Shown: positions 29,415-38,793 of the stretch, piece after piece
Layout of the letters: every line of letters begins with the position of its first letter
Numbering within the stretch: position 1 is the first letter of the stretch
Made by a program: the position numbers and the translations under genes
The notes under the pieces: generated by a model
Databases searched by the model: none
What the model was told of the DNA's origin: nothing
Seen by the model: only the letters and a program-made list of their open reading frames with translations
DNA from: an uncultured delta proteobacterium
GTDB lineage: Bacteria; Desulfobacterota; Syntrophorhabdia; Syntrophorhabdales; WCHB1-27
Assembly: GCA_963810935.1 (NCBI GenBank)
Contig: CAWEPK010000008.1
Span: 704,001 to 768,000, forward strand
Reading direction: 5' to 3'
Length of the DNA: 64,000 nucleotides

Positions 29415-29507
29415 CGCGGCTGCTTCACGCAGGGCAGTTGCGCAGGCAGACTGAAGCGGGCGCGCAAACAACCGGGATTTGCCCTGACCGATACGATATA
29501 TTAGAAT

Positions 29508-30020
29508 GTGCGACAAGGAGTCAACAGAGCCATAGTGGGACTTTTCAAAAAACTCTTCGGCGTCGGACCGATAGGCGCCGCTGTCAGCCTGGCCCTTCTG
29601 GCCGTCGCGGGCCGCGTGGACCGCAGCCTGGGTCATCCGGAACTACTCGGGTACCGGTTTCCGGTGGAGGCCCTCGGCGCAGTTCTTGTCTGCACCGGCC
29701 TGGCGCTTCATTTCTGGAGCATGTATATCCTGCGGAGCTGGTGGGTCGGGGGGCGGCTGTGCACCGCAGGGCCGTTCCGGTGGTTTCGCCATCCCATGTA
29801 TGCCGCCTGGATCACATTCGTGTGCCCCGGCATCGCCTTTTGTCTCGACTCCTGGGTCTTCTTAGTGTGGGCGGCCATGCTCCATGTCCTATGGCACCGG
29901 CTCGTCGAATCGGAAGAGAAAGAGATGGAGGCTCGATTTCACAACGAGTACCGGCGCTACGCCGACCGCACGGGCAGGTTTCTGCCCCGGCCGTCCCGCC
30001 GCCGTCCTTTGCGCGGCTAA
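29508..30020 (+). CDS. Isoprenylcysteine carboxyl methyltransferase/PEMT-family membrane protein
   Basis: GPFRWFRHPMY, EE...F..EY..Y...TGRFLP motifs; start uncertain. Confidence 0.85.
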   Translation: MRQGVNRAIVGLFKKLFGVGPIGAAVSLALLAVAGRVDRSLGHPELLGYRFPVEALGAVLVCTGLALHFWSMYILRSWWVGGRLCTAGPFRWFRHPMYAAWITFVCPGIAFCLDSWVFLVWAAMLHVLWHRLVESEEKEMEARFHNEYRRYADRTGRFLPRPSRRRPLRG

Positions 30021-30490
30021 GCCGTATTACCGACGCCCATAGACCTCATTCGCCGGCCCGTCCGTAAGCCAGGTTTGTTTACTGCGCCTTTAGGCACCTT
30101 CCCCGACAATGCCTCGAATACATTGGCAGCAGCCTCGAGATCTATCAGCAGGCGGGCATCGGCGGTGACATTGCCCGCGGCCCCGGCGGCCCGCCGGCGC
30201 GGCGGGACCGTGACCCAGACGTCACGGCTCGTGCACGCGACAACGTTTACGCTGCCGAGCTCCCTGGACGTCCCGGCGACGATCTTCAGGTCCGGGCACT
30301 CCCGCAGGAGGGCATCATCCACGGCATCCGATATACAAACGATCAGGGCCTGCGCGGTCCGCGCACGGCTGAGAAGCTCGCTGCGGGGTAGGGTCTCGCG
30401 GGTGGGGTTCGCAATGACCTGGAACGAGCCGCGCAGCAGATCGATGACTTCCGGATGTACCCAATGGGTGACCACGACACGTGGCGCCAT
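30017..30490 (-). CDS. PtxD-like D-2-hydroxyacid dehydrogenase substrate-binding domain only
   Basis: N-terminus resembles PtxD (VVTHWVH.E, ACT..DVWVT) and joins directly to C-terminal AA.N...L.G..P..AVN helix; no GxGxxG. Confidence 0.6.
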   Translation of the reverse strand: MAPRVVVTHWVHPEVIDLLRGSFQVIANPTRETLPRSELLSRARTAQALIVCISDAVDDALLRECPDLKIVAGTSRELGSVNVVACTSRDVWVTVPPRRRAAGAAGNVTADARLLIDLEAAANVFEALSGKVPKGAVNKPGLRTGRRMRSMGVGNTA

Positions 30491-30730
30491 GCCTTCCCCC
30501 TTTCACGGCTTCATGCGCGAAGCCCGGCCGAGCTTTCTTATGCTGCCATATAATTGTTAGGGGAGTGTAAAGGTAGTGTTAAGAGTTCGTGAATCGTGGC
30601 TTTCTATCGCCGCCTCTGGAAAAGCACGGCCGGCCGCCTTAAACTAAGAACAAATCGACACCCGATTTCCCGGCAGTGTGAACCATGAAATGAACGGAAA
30701 AAACACAGCCGCATGGGGTGAGGGGGGGCC

Positions 30731-31717
30731 TTGAAAAAGCTCGGCGTAATTTTAAAGGCGTATCCGTATTGCAGGCGTTTGCTGTCCGGGGGCATCGGAT
30801 ATCTAAACCGTGTTCTTTCTCTCGCCGCGCTCCTGGTAGTCCGGGGCATCAGGGCGGCATGCAAAGGATTGATAAACCTCCTGAAGGATATCGCGGTTTC
30901 AAAAGGTTATCCTTATTACCGGCACCGTTTTCCGGTGCGCGTCATGCACTGGTGTAATGTTCTCTGCCTTGCAGTCCTTCTCATGAGCGGCCTCAATATC
31001 TTCAACGCCCATCCCGCACTCTATTGGGGCCGGTCTTCTTATGAAGGTCTTCCCCCTCTACTTGAGATAGGAAGCAGCGCGGGCAACAAGGGAGAGGTCA
31101 GGGGCATCACCCGCGTCGGAAGCCGTGAATTCGATACGACGGGGTTCCTTGGGGCCTCAAGGGACCCGGCGGGACGATTAGCCGAGCGGGGTTTCCCGTC
31201 GTGGCTCACCTTACCGAGTTTCCAATGGCTGGCGATGGCGCGGCACTGGCACTTCTTTTTCGCCTGGCTGCTTGTATTAAACGGCGTGACCTTTGTTGTC
31301 TATACGGTTGCGAGCAGGCACCTCGATCGCGACCTTCTCCCCACGAGCGGTGATTTGCGTTCGACGGGCAGGTCGATTATCGACCATATCCGGTTCAGGT
31401 TTCATAAAGGCGAAGCAGCCAAACGGTACAATGTCCTGCAAAAACTTGCCTATCTCGGGGTGATTTTCTTCCTTCTCCCGCTGATGGTCCTTATGGGGCT
31501 CGGCATGTCGCCTGCCCTCGATGCAATACGCGCCGGATGGGTGGACATATTCTTTGGCCGGCAGTCCATAAGGACCATTCATTTCATCCTTGCCTGGGCG
31601 CTGGTGATGTTCGCGTTCATTCACGTATTTATGGTAGTCGCCAGCGGCTTCTGGAACAATCTTCGCTCGATGATTACAGGGTACTATAGGTTGGAACGGG
31701 AGGCGGATCATGAGTAA
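30731..31717 (+). CDS. Cytochrome b/b6-domain membrane protein (start probably further downstream)
   Basis: RVMHW, WHFFFAW, YNVLQKLAY, TIHF, HVFMV, SMITG. Confidence 0.85.
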   Translation: MKKLGVILKAYPYCRRLLSGGIGYLNRVLSLAALLVVRGIRAACKGLINLLKDIAVSKGYPYYRHRFPVRVMHWCNVLCLAVLLMSGLNIFNAHPALYWGRSSYEGLPPLLEIGSSAGNKGEVRGITRVGSREFDTTGFLGASRDPAGRLAERGFPSWLTLPSFQWLAMARHWHFFFAWLLVLNGVTFVVYTVASRHLDRDLLPTSGDLRSTGRSIIDHIRFRFHKGEAAKRYNVLQKLAYLGVIFFLLPLMVLMGLGMSPALDAIRAGWVDIFFGRQSIRTIHFILAWALVMFAFIHVFMVVASGFWNNLRSMITGYYRLEREADHE

Positions 31718-32486
31718 CGAAGACAAGCTCACCCGGCGCGGCGTCATTACACGCCTTCTGATGGGTACGAGCGCATTGGTGTTTGGAGGTTGCGACAGGC
31801 TTTCGCAGACTACCTGGTTCCCGAAGTTCCTCGGCCTTGGCGAAAAGGCTACATACACGGCCCAAAGGCAGATCGTGCCGCGGAAGGCAATGGCCCAGGA
31901 ATTCCCGCCGGCCGGCCTGTCGCCGCAGTTCCGCAGCAACGGGACGGCGATGCCCGATAACCCGGCTTACAGGGCGCTGGCAGCCGGAGAATTTACGGAT
32001 TACCGGCTTAAAGTGGGCGGCCTGGTTGAACGGCCCATAAGCCTGTCTCTCGCAGAGATCAGGCAGCTCCCGAGTCGCACCCAGACAACTCGGCACGATT
32101 GTGTCGAAGGATGGAGCGCCATAGGCAAATGGAAGGGCGCGCGCCTGGGCGCATTGCTCGAAAAAGCGCATCTGAAGCCCAATGCCCGTTACGTGGTTTT
32201 CTACTGTGCGGACCCGATGGAAGAAGACGGCAGCTCTTTCTATTACGAGAGCATAGACCTTGAAGATGCTTTCCACCCGCAGACGATACTCGCATACGAC
32301 CTTAACGACAAGCCGTTGCCCGTTGAAAACGGGGCGCCCCTGCGCTTGCGATTGGAGCGGCAGCTCGGCTACAAAATGGCCAAGTACGTCATGGCCGTTG
32401 AATGCGTGGAAGACCTTTCCCGCATAGCCGGGGGTAAGGGCGGCTATTGGGAAGACCAGGGATATGACTGGTACGCCGGCATATAG
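31710..32486 (+). CDS. Molybdopterin-dependent oxidoreductase (sulfite oxidase family), Tat-type signal
   Basis: TRR signal, HDCVEGWSAIGKW, NGAPLRLR, GYKMAKYV, GYWEDQGY. Confidence 0.9.
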   Translation: MSNEDKLTRRGVITRLLMGTSALVFGGCDRLSQTTWFPKFLGLGEKATYTAQRQIVPRKAMAQEFPPAGLSPQFRSNGTAMPDNPAYRALAAGEFTDYRLKVGGLVERPISLSLAEIRQLPSRTQTTRHDCVEGWSAIGKWKGARLGALLEKAHLKPNARYVVFYCADPMEEDGSSFYYESIDLEDAFHPQTILAYDLNDKPLPVENGAPLRLRLERQLGYKMAKYVMAVECVEDLSRIAGGKGGYWEDQGYDWYAGI

Positions 32487-32552
32487 ACTGTATAAGGCAT
32501 CCGGGAGCCGGGGAGTCATCGTTAATGGGCGCAGCCGACGCCCGGCGCCCTG

Positions 32553-33053
32553 TCACTTCGCCGGCGTGCCCAACTCGTTCAGGATCTCGCCCATGTGGTC
32601 GATGTGAAACTGGATATGGAACTGGCCGAGTCCTCCTATCATTGCTTCCAGAGTGGGGTACTCCCCGAGCGGCGTCTCCTTGAGCATCGGTACATGGGCC
32701 TTGCGGTCGAGCTGTTCCGGCGATAAGCCCGCAGCAAAGCCCGCGATGCCGGCGTATTCCTTTTCGACCTCCGAAAGAAGCTCGGCAAAAGTCATCCCGG
32801 CGCGCTTCCCGGAAAAGAATGCATTCCCCGGCTCCATACCCACGGGAATATCCCCTTTCAAAAACCCCTGGAGGAACGGTAAGTGACCTGACCCTTCCGG
32901 TCCGCACAGATGGGAAAGGATCTCCTTCGGCGACCACCGCCCGGCAGGTGCGCGCGAAGCCGTTTCCTCATCGAGCCCTTCGCATAACTTTTTTAATTCC
33001 CTGATCTTCCGGCCGATCCCTTCGGCCAGCTCCTTCCCTGTAGCGGTCGCCAT
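32553..33053 (-). CDS. DinB-family protein
   Basis: [10 protein letters not shown] and H...H motifs. Confidence 0.75.
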   Translation of the reverse strand: MATATGKELAEGIGRKIRELKKLCEGLDEETASRAPAGRWSPKEILSHLCGPEGSGHLPFLQGFLKGDIPVGMEPGNAFFSGKRAGMTFAELLSEVEKEYAGIAGFAAGLSPEQLDRKAHVPMLKETPLGEYPTLEAMIGGLGQFHIQFHIDHMGEILNELGTPAK

Positions 33054-33074
33054 TTCATTGCCTCCTTGTGCTCT

Positions 33075-33500
33075 TTACGCAGACTTTGCGACCCCGCCGG
33101 CAAGCCGCCTCGAGATCGCTTTTGTCAGGCCTTTTCTGTCCTTCCGTATTTCTCTCGCAAGCATGCGGGCACGCTCCGTGATTTCATAATACTTGTCGCC
33201 CCACAGGACCATCTCGAACAGGACAGGCATCAAATCGAGCCCCTTGGGGGTCAGCTCGTAAAGGTTCTTCACCTTGTTGCCGGGAAAGGCCTTTTTTTCG
33301 ACTATACCGGTCTCTTCAAGAACGGTAAGGCGGTCCGCAAGGACGTTGGTCGCTATCTTTTCGGGCGATTGCAGGAATTCACCGTACGTCCTCTTTCCGC
33401 CGAGCATCAGGTCCCTTATTACAAGCAAAGTCCACTTATCGCCCAAAATATCGAGGGTGATGCTGATAGGGCACGTCGATCTCCCGGCTACCTTCTTCAT
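33075..33500 (-). CDS. HxlR-family winged-helix regulator
   Basis: RSTCPI..TLDILGDKWTLLVIRDL, YELTPKG; divergent from 33610. Confidence 0.9.
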   Translation of the reverse strand: MKKVAGRSTCPISITLDILGDKWTLLVIRDLMLGGKRTYGEFLQSPEKIATNVLADRLTVLEETGIVEKKAFPGNKVKNLYELTPKGLDLMPVLFEMVLWGDKYYEITERARMLAREIRKDRKGLTKAISRRLAGGVAKSA

Positions 33501-33609
33501 AAGTAACAAGATATACACAATACTTGCATAATGCAAGTGGATGTTTTATACTACTTTCAAATCGCAAGTGATGCGGTAAAGGACTCATCCATCGGGAGGA
33601 CGCACGATC

Positions 33610-34644
33610 ATGGAGAATCAAATACGCGAAAAGGCTCTGGAGCTGGGATATGAAGACTGCGGCATTATAAAAGCCGGCGCGCTGGTGGGCTACAGGGAGA
33701 AGCTGGAGGAGCGCATCTCGCGGGTGCCCACGGACGAAAAGACGTTCGGCCGCTTCAGGGGCTATGCAAACCCATCGGCGGATAATCCCGATATAAGGTC
33801 GATCGTAGTCGCCATCGTACCTACTTACAAGTACAATGTACCGGGCGAGTTCGAAGGCGTATACGGCAAAAGCTTCATGTTCGACAACAGGACCGACGAA
33901 AAAGCGCCGTTTTTCCGCAAACGGGACGAATTCTCCGCATTCCTCCGAAGCTTCGGCCTCAAGTGCACGGTGGGCGAGGCCCACGGGATCCCGGCGCCTG
34001 CACGCTGGGCGGCGTATAAGGCGGGGCTTGGCATCATCCGCCGGAATAATTTCTTCTACACGGGGAACGGGTCGCACGTTCGCATCGAGATGTTCGCCAT
34101 AGACCGGGAGCTTGAGCTTGTCCGCGACGTAAAGCTCAAAGAGTGCCCTGAGAAATGCGGTAAATGCATCGAAGCCTGTCCGACCCACACCTTGAGCGCG
34201 CCTTACACCATGTCGATGCTACGGTGCGTCACATTCCAAACCAGCCTATCGCCGAATGCAGGGATGGGCGTACCTTCTTTCGAAATGGCGGAGCAGATAG
34301 GCGGAAGATTGTACGGCTGCGACGCGTGCCAGGATGCATGTCCTTTCAACAAGGGCAAATGGACGGGCGGCGAGGAGTTTCCGGGGCTGGCTGCGCTCGC
34401 CCCGTCAATGCGTCCGGAAAATATCATGGCGGCAGGGTACGACGAGATTCAGCGCATGCTGGCTCCCAAATACTGGTACATAAAACCGGAGGACCTCTGG
34501 AAATGGAAGCTGAACGCGCTGACCGTTATGATGAACGGTTACAGCGGGAAATACGAGGTGCCGATAAAGCTGGGGCTCTCGGACACCAACCAGAACGTGC
34601 GCGACTTCGCGCGCGCCGCCTGCTCGAAGCTGGGAATATCGTAA
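33610..34644 (+). CDS. Epoxyqueuosine reductase-like 4Fe-4S protein
   Basis: AGLG..RNNF, CPEKCGKCIEACPT, YGCDACQDACPFN, HEAT-like end. Confidence 0.75.
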   Translation: MENQIREKALELGYEDCGIIKAGALVGYREKLEERISRVPTDEKTFGRFRGYANPSADNPDIRSIVVAIVPTYKYNVPGEFEGVYGKSFMFDNRTDEKAPFFRKRDEFSAFLRSFGLKCTVGEAHGIPAPARWAAYKAGLGIIRRNNFFYTGNGSHVRIEMFAIDRELELVRDVKLKECPEKCGKCIEACPTHTLSAPYTMSMLRCVTFQTSLSPNAGMGVPSFEMAEQIGGRLYGCDACQDACPFNKGKWTGGEEFPGLAALAPSMRPENIMAAGYDEIQRMLAPKYWYIKPEDLWKWKLNALTVMMNGYSGKYEVPIKLGLSDTNQNVRDFARAACSKLGIS

Positions 34645-34786
34645 TATTGCGCGCATAAGGGATGGATCCTTCTTTTCTCGTCCGCTTCCGGGCCCCTTGA
34701 CGCAGCCTTTACCGGTACCTATATAGTATATCTCTGTGAGCACTGGTCCCTAAGCTTTTGTAGCCGGCTCTTCGGAGGTACTGTTC

Positions 34787-37663
34787 ATGGTGCCTCATGG
34801 CGTCCCAGGCAAGCGGTCCGGAAGCAGTCCCAAAAAACCCAGGAGCGGCCGGCTCAACGAAAGGCAAAGCACTCCAATTACCGGGAACCTGAGTGCAGAG
34901 GACCTCTACCGCTCAATCCTCGAAATCTGTCCCGATGCCACTTATAAAAGGAACCTGTCAAAAGATCAGTATGATTATATCAGTCCTGTTATCGAGCAGA
35001 TAACCGGCCTCACGGCGGCAGAGTTCTTTCCCCTTACGCTTGCCGATATCATGGCTCGCATCCATCCCGACGACGTTAATGCCTTCAAGCAATCTATCAA
35101 AGATGCAGCATATACCGGAAAGGAAATTGTCGAATACCGTTTCAAGCATAAGCAGGGAGAATACCGATGGCTTTCCGACCACTTTGTAGTCATAAGAGAC
35201 GACGAAGGCTGGCCCATGCACCTCTTTGGTGCGGTGAGGGACATCACGGAGCGCAAGAATGTCGAGCAGGCATTGCGGGAGAGCGAGGAGAAGTTCAGGA
35301 CGCTCACGCAGGCAACCTTCGAGGGTGTCGCAATTACCGAGAAAGGGAGGGTGATAGACGGCAACGATCAGTTCTTCCGCATGCTCGGATACGGCCCGGA
35401 AGAGATGATCAGCAGGGAAGTGGCCGAGTTTCTGGCGCCCGAGGGTCGTGTCCGTATCATGAACAATATATTGCACGAGCGGGAGGCGATCACAGAGCAT
35501 GTTATGATCAGAAAAGATGGGGGCCGCATCACCGTAGAGGCCCACGGTAAGAACGAGACTTATCGAGGCCGGAGGATGAGGTTTACCGCTGTGCATGACA
35601 TCACCAAGCGCAAATGGATGGAGGAGGCCCTGCGGCAGAGCGAGGAGCAATACCGGACCTTCTTTGAGCTTGGTGCAGTGGGCATGGGCCAGGCAGACCC
35701 GGTGACCGGAAAACTGCTCCAGGTCAACGACCGGTTCTGTGAGGTAACCGGTTACAGCCGGCAGGAGTTGCTGTCGAGGACGGTGGAGGACCTTACCCAT
35801 CCGGAGGACCGGGAAACTGACTGGGCGAAGTTCCAGCGCATGCTGAGGGGGGAAATTGACGAGTACCTGGCAGAAAAGCGGTACGTCCGTAAAGATGGAC
35901 AAGTTATCTGGGTGCTTGTGACAGCCAGAGCCATGCGTGATACCGGCGGCAAACCTATCAGAACGGCGGGCATTCTTATCGACATTACCGAGCGGAAACG
36001 TATGGAGCAGGAACTGCGAAATTCCCACGATGACCTTGAGGCGCGAGTGTTCGAACGAACTGAGGCGCTCCGCCGCCAGACACTGCTGGCCGAGCACGAG
36101 CGCGACAGGCTCATGACTCTTATCGACAGCATGAATGAGGGGGTATGGTTTACCCATACTGACGGTCGCGTCGTGCTTGTCAACTCCGTCGCAAAGGCAC
36201 AGGCTGCGGAAGTGGGGATAGATCCCGACGGCATCCTCCAGTCCCAGTCGTATTCGCTCCTATCTCAGGTGGATATGTTCAGTGCCGATGGGACACCCCT
36301 TCAAATGGAGCAGTTCGTGCGGGTGTTCCAGGGAGAACCGTTTGCCGGCGTGGAAATAGGCCTGCGCAACAGAAAAACCGGGGAGATGTTCTACCGACGG
36401 ATGTCGGCGAACCCCATTCTTGATGAAAAAAAACGGATAGAGGGGGCTATTACAGTCGTACAGGACATCACTGCTTCGAAACGGGCCGAGAAGGAGCAGA
36501 CTCGGCTTGAAGAGCAGCTCCGCCAGGCTACGAAAATGGAGGCCATCGGCACCCTTGCCGGGGGCATTGCCCATGATTTCAACAATATGCTGGCGGTCAT
36601 TATAGGAAATGCTGAAATGGCGCTCGACGACGTCACAGGCAATGCAGAGGCTGCACGGAAGATAGAGCAGATAGTGAAGGCGTCCAAGCGTGCAACGGAC
36701 CTGGTCAAGCAGATACTCGCTTTCAGCAGAAAGACGGAGACCGGCAGAAATCCGATAAACCTGGCGCCTCTCCTCCACGAGACATTAAAATTCCTTCAAG
36801 GCACATTGCCCAGCACCATACGGATGGTACTGAATATTCAGACCGAAAAAGACGCGGTGGTTGCCGACGTCTCTCAGATTCAACAGGTCCTTATGAACCT
36901 GTCCATGAATGCAGCCCATGCCATGCGGGAGAATGGAGGAGTCCTCACTATCGGCATATCCGATGTCGCCGTGAATGAAGACATATTACCCGACTCGGAA
37001 TTGCAGCCGGGAACCTACGTTAAGCTGACGGTGCAGGATACGGGGACCGGCATGACAGAAGAAGTGCGGCAGAGAATATTCGAGCCATTTTTCACGACTA
37101 AGGAAGCTGGCATGGGGACCGGCATGGGGCTCGCCGTCGTCTATGGAATAGTAAAGAGCCACGGAGGCGCTGTTACCGCAAAGAGCGAGCCGGGCAAAGG
37201 CTCTGCTTTCAATGTCTTTCTCCCCTATGCACATACGGGGGCGAAGGAGCAGCAGCAAGAAGAGGGGGACGTTCCCGGCGGCAGTGAGCGTATACTCCTT
37301 GTAGATGACGAGCCCAGTATTGTCGAAACCGTCTCGCTCACCCTGGAGCGGCTCGGCTACCGTGTATCGGGCGCCCGAAGCGGTGCTGAAGCGTGGAAGA
37401 TGTTCTCGGAAGAGCCCACGGGCTTCGATCTCGTTATCACGGACCAGACAATGCCGGACCTTACCGGGATCGAGCTTGCCCAAAAGATGCTGAACGCTAG
37501 AAAAGACCTTCCCATCATTCTTTTTACCGGCTACAGTGAAACAGTCTCGCCGGAGAAGGCAAAATCGATAGGCATCAGCGAGTTTGTTATGAAACCGTTA
37601 TCCAAACAGAAGGCAGCCGAAGCGATAAGGCAGGTGTTGGACAGCCGGGAAAGGACCAAATAG
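34787..37663 (+). CDS. Multi-PAS hybrid sensor histidine kinase/response regulator
   Basis: Several PAS/PAC repeats, AHDFNN H-box, N/G1/F/G2 boxes, C-terminal receiver (VDDE, TDQTMP, KP). Confidence 0.95.
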   Translation: MVPHGVPGKRSGSSPKKPRSGRLNERQSTPITGNLSAEDLYRSILEICPDATYKRNLSKDQYDYISPVIEQITGLTAAEFFPLTLADIMARIHPDDVNAFKQSIKDAAYTGKEIVEYRFKHKQGEYRWLSDHFVVIRDDEGWPMHLFGAVRDITERKNVEQALRESEEKFRTLTQATFEGVAITEKGRVIDGNDQFFRMLGYGPEEMISREVAEFLAPEGRVRIMNNILHEREAITEHVMIRKDGGRITVEAHGKNETYRGRRMRFTAVHDITKRKWMEEALRQSEEQYRTFFELGAVGMGQADPVTGKLLQVNDRFCEVTGYSRQELLSRTVEDLTHPEDRETDWAKFQRMLRGEIDEYLAEKRYVRKDGQVIWVLVTARAMRDTGGKPIRTAGILIDITERKRMEQELRNSHDDLEARVFERTEALRRQTLLAEHERDRLMTLIDSMNEGVWFTHTDGRVVLVNSVAKAQAAEVGIDPDGILQSQSYSLLSQVDMFSADGTPLQMEQFVRVFQGEPFAGVEIGLRNRKTGEMFYRRMSANPILDEKKRIEGAITVVQDITASKRAEKEQTRLEEQLRQATKMEAIGTLAGGIAHDFNNMLAVIIGNAEMALDDVTGNAEAARKIEQIVKASKRATDLVKQILAFSRKTETGRNPINLAPLLHETLKFLQGTLPSTIRMVLNIQTEKDAVVADVSQIQQVLMNLSMNAAHAMRENGGVLTIGISDVAVNEDILPDSELQPGTYVKLTVQDTGTGMTEEVRQRIFEPFFTTKEAGMGTGMGLAVVYGIVKSHGGAVTAKSEPGKGSAFNVFLPYAHTGAKEQQQEEGDVPGGSERILLVDDEPSIVETVSLTLERLGYRVSGARSGAEAWKMFSEEPTGFDLVITDQTMPDLTGIELAQKMLNARKDLPIILFTGYSETVSPEKAKSIGISEFVMKPLSKQKAAEAIRQVLDSRERTK

Positions 37664-37674
37664 AATGACCGCGC

Positions 37675-38793
37675 TTAATCGTGTCGAGCGTAGCCGACCA
37701 GCTCGACATATCCTATCGCCGTGACCGGCCTGCCTGCCGACGTGCCCTGCCCTTTTGCCGCACCTTCCCAGTACGTGAGGCCCGTCGATCCGGTAGTCAC
37801 CAATTCCTGGTCCGCAAAGAGGGGCGCCAGGAAGATGTCGATCCCTTCCGATGCGATCCGCAGCCGCCACCGGGCCGGATAGGTCGCCCCGCTCTTGGTG
37901 CTTTTCCAGCGGTCGAGGACATCGACCTTTACGTCGGGCAACGGGACGTGGCGGCCGTGTCCGCCTGCGTCGACGAGCGTGCCGGAGGAGGCGGGCTCGA
38001 TGGTGCCGTCCTTGCGCCGCAAGACATAGATCATCAAGTCGCGGCCGTCAGAAAGGTGCAGGCCGAACCAATCCCAGCCCGCCTGCGCTGCACTCAACTG
38101 GTTCGAGCCGAACTCATGGTCGAACCAGCTCACCCCCTGCAACGCACGCGCCTCACCGCCGCCTACGCTCACAGACCCGGAGGTCTTAAGGCCCGTGCAG
38201 GATGCGTAATATGAGGCCTCACCGGGCATCGCCCCTTTCTTGCTTACACCCTTTTCCCCATTTATGACCGGCGGCTTCTGGAAGGCAAGGCGCAGGTCGA
38301 GGGCCGTACGGTCCGATTTGGCGCGAAGGCGGATCACCCCGTTCTCCATGCGGGCGGACCAGCCGAGGAGATTGACGTCGAGCCGCTCCGTCGCCGCATC
38401 CGCGAGGCCGGGGCCTTTGCGCGACGTACGCTCGTCGAAGAGGAAGCGGCCTGCCGCAACGTCCGTTACGGTGAAATGGGCAAGGTAGACATCCCGCAGG
38501 GACCACGCATTCGCGCCTGTACCCGGCGCAAAGCGCACACCGTGCCTGAAGAACGTAAGCTCGTAGCCGTAGGCGTGTCCCGCGTCGTCCGTCAGGTTGC
38601 CGGTGAAGTACCACCATTCGGTTTTGTAGGCCGGGTGCGACCCGTGGTCCCTCGGAAAAGACCACTGCCTCGGGGCAAGCACCTGCCGCCATGCCGAATC
38701 TTCGGCCGGCATGTCGGCCCGCACCGATGCGGCCACTGCTATTAACGCGAGCGCACATGCCAGAGCCATGACCTGCCGCCGCATCCCTCCCAT
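37675..38793 (-). CDS. AttH/CrtC-like lipocalin-fold secreted protein
   Basis: FPRDHGSHP..TEWWYFTG, WFDHEF, GWDWF, YWEG. Confidence 0.88.
   Translation of the reverse strand: MGGMRRQVMALACALALIAVAASVRADMPAEDSAWRQVLAPRQWSFPRDHGSHPAYKTEWWYFTGNLTDDAGHAYGYELTFFRHGVRFAPGTGANAWSLRDVYLAHFTVTDVAAGRFLFDERTSRKGPGLADAATERLDVNLLGWSARMENGVIRLRAKSDRTALDLRLAFQKPPVINGEKGVSKKGAMPGEASYYASCTGLKTSGSVSVGGGEARALQGVSWFDHEFGSNQLSAAQAGWDWFGLHLSDGRDLMIYVLRRKDGTIEPASSGTLVDAGGHGRHVPLPDVKVDVLDRWKSTKSGATYPARWRLRIASEGIDIFLAPLFADQELVTTGSTGLTYWEGAAKGQGTSAGRPVTAIGYVELVGYARHD

Noticed and set aside
29470..29490. Minus-strand CAGGGCAAATCC upstream of the Pal-like gene as a riboswitch start
   Set aside because: No remaining aptamer elements.
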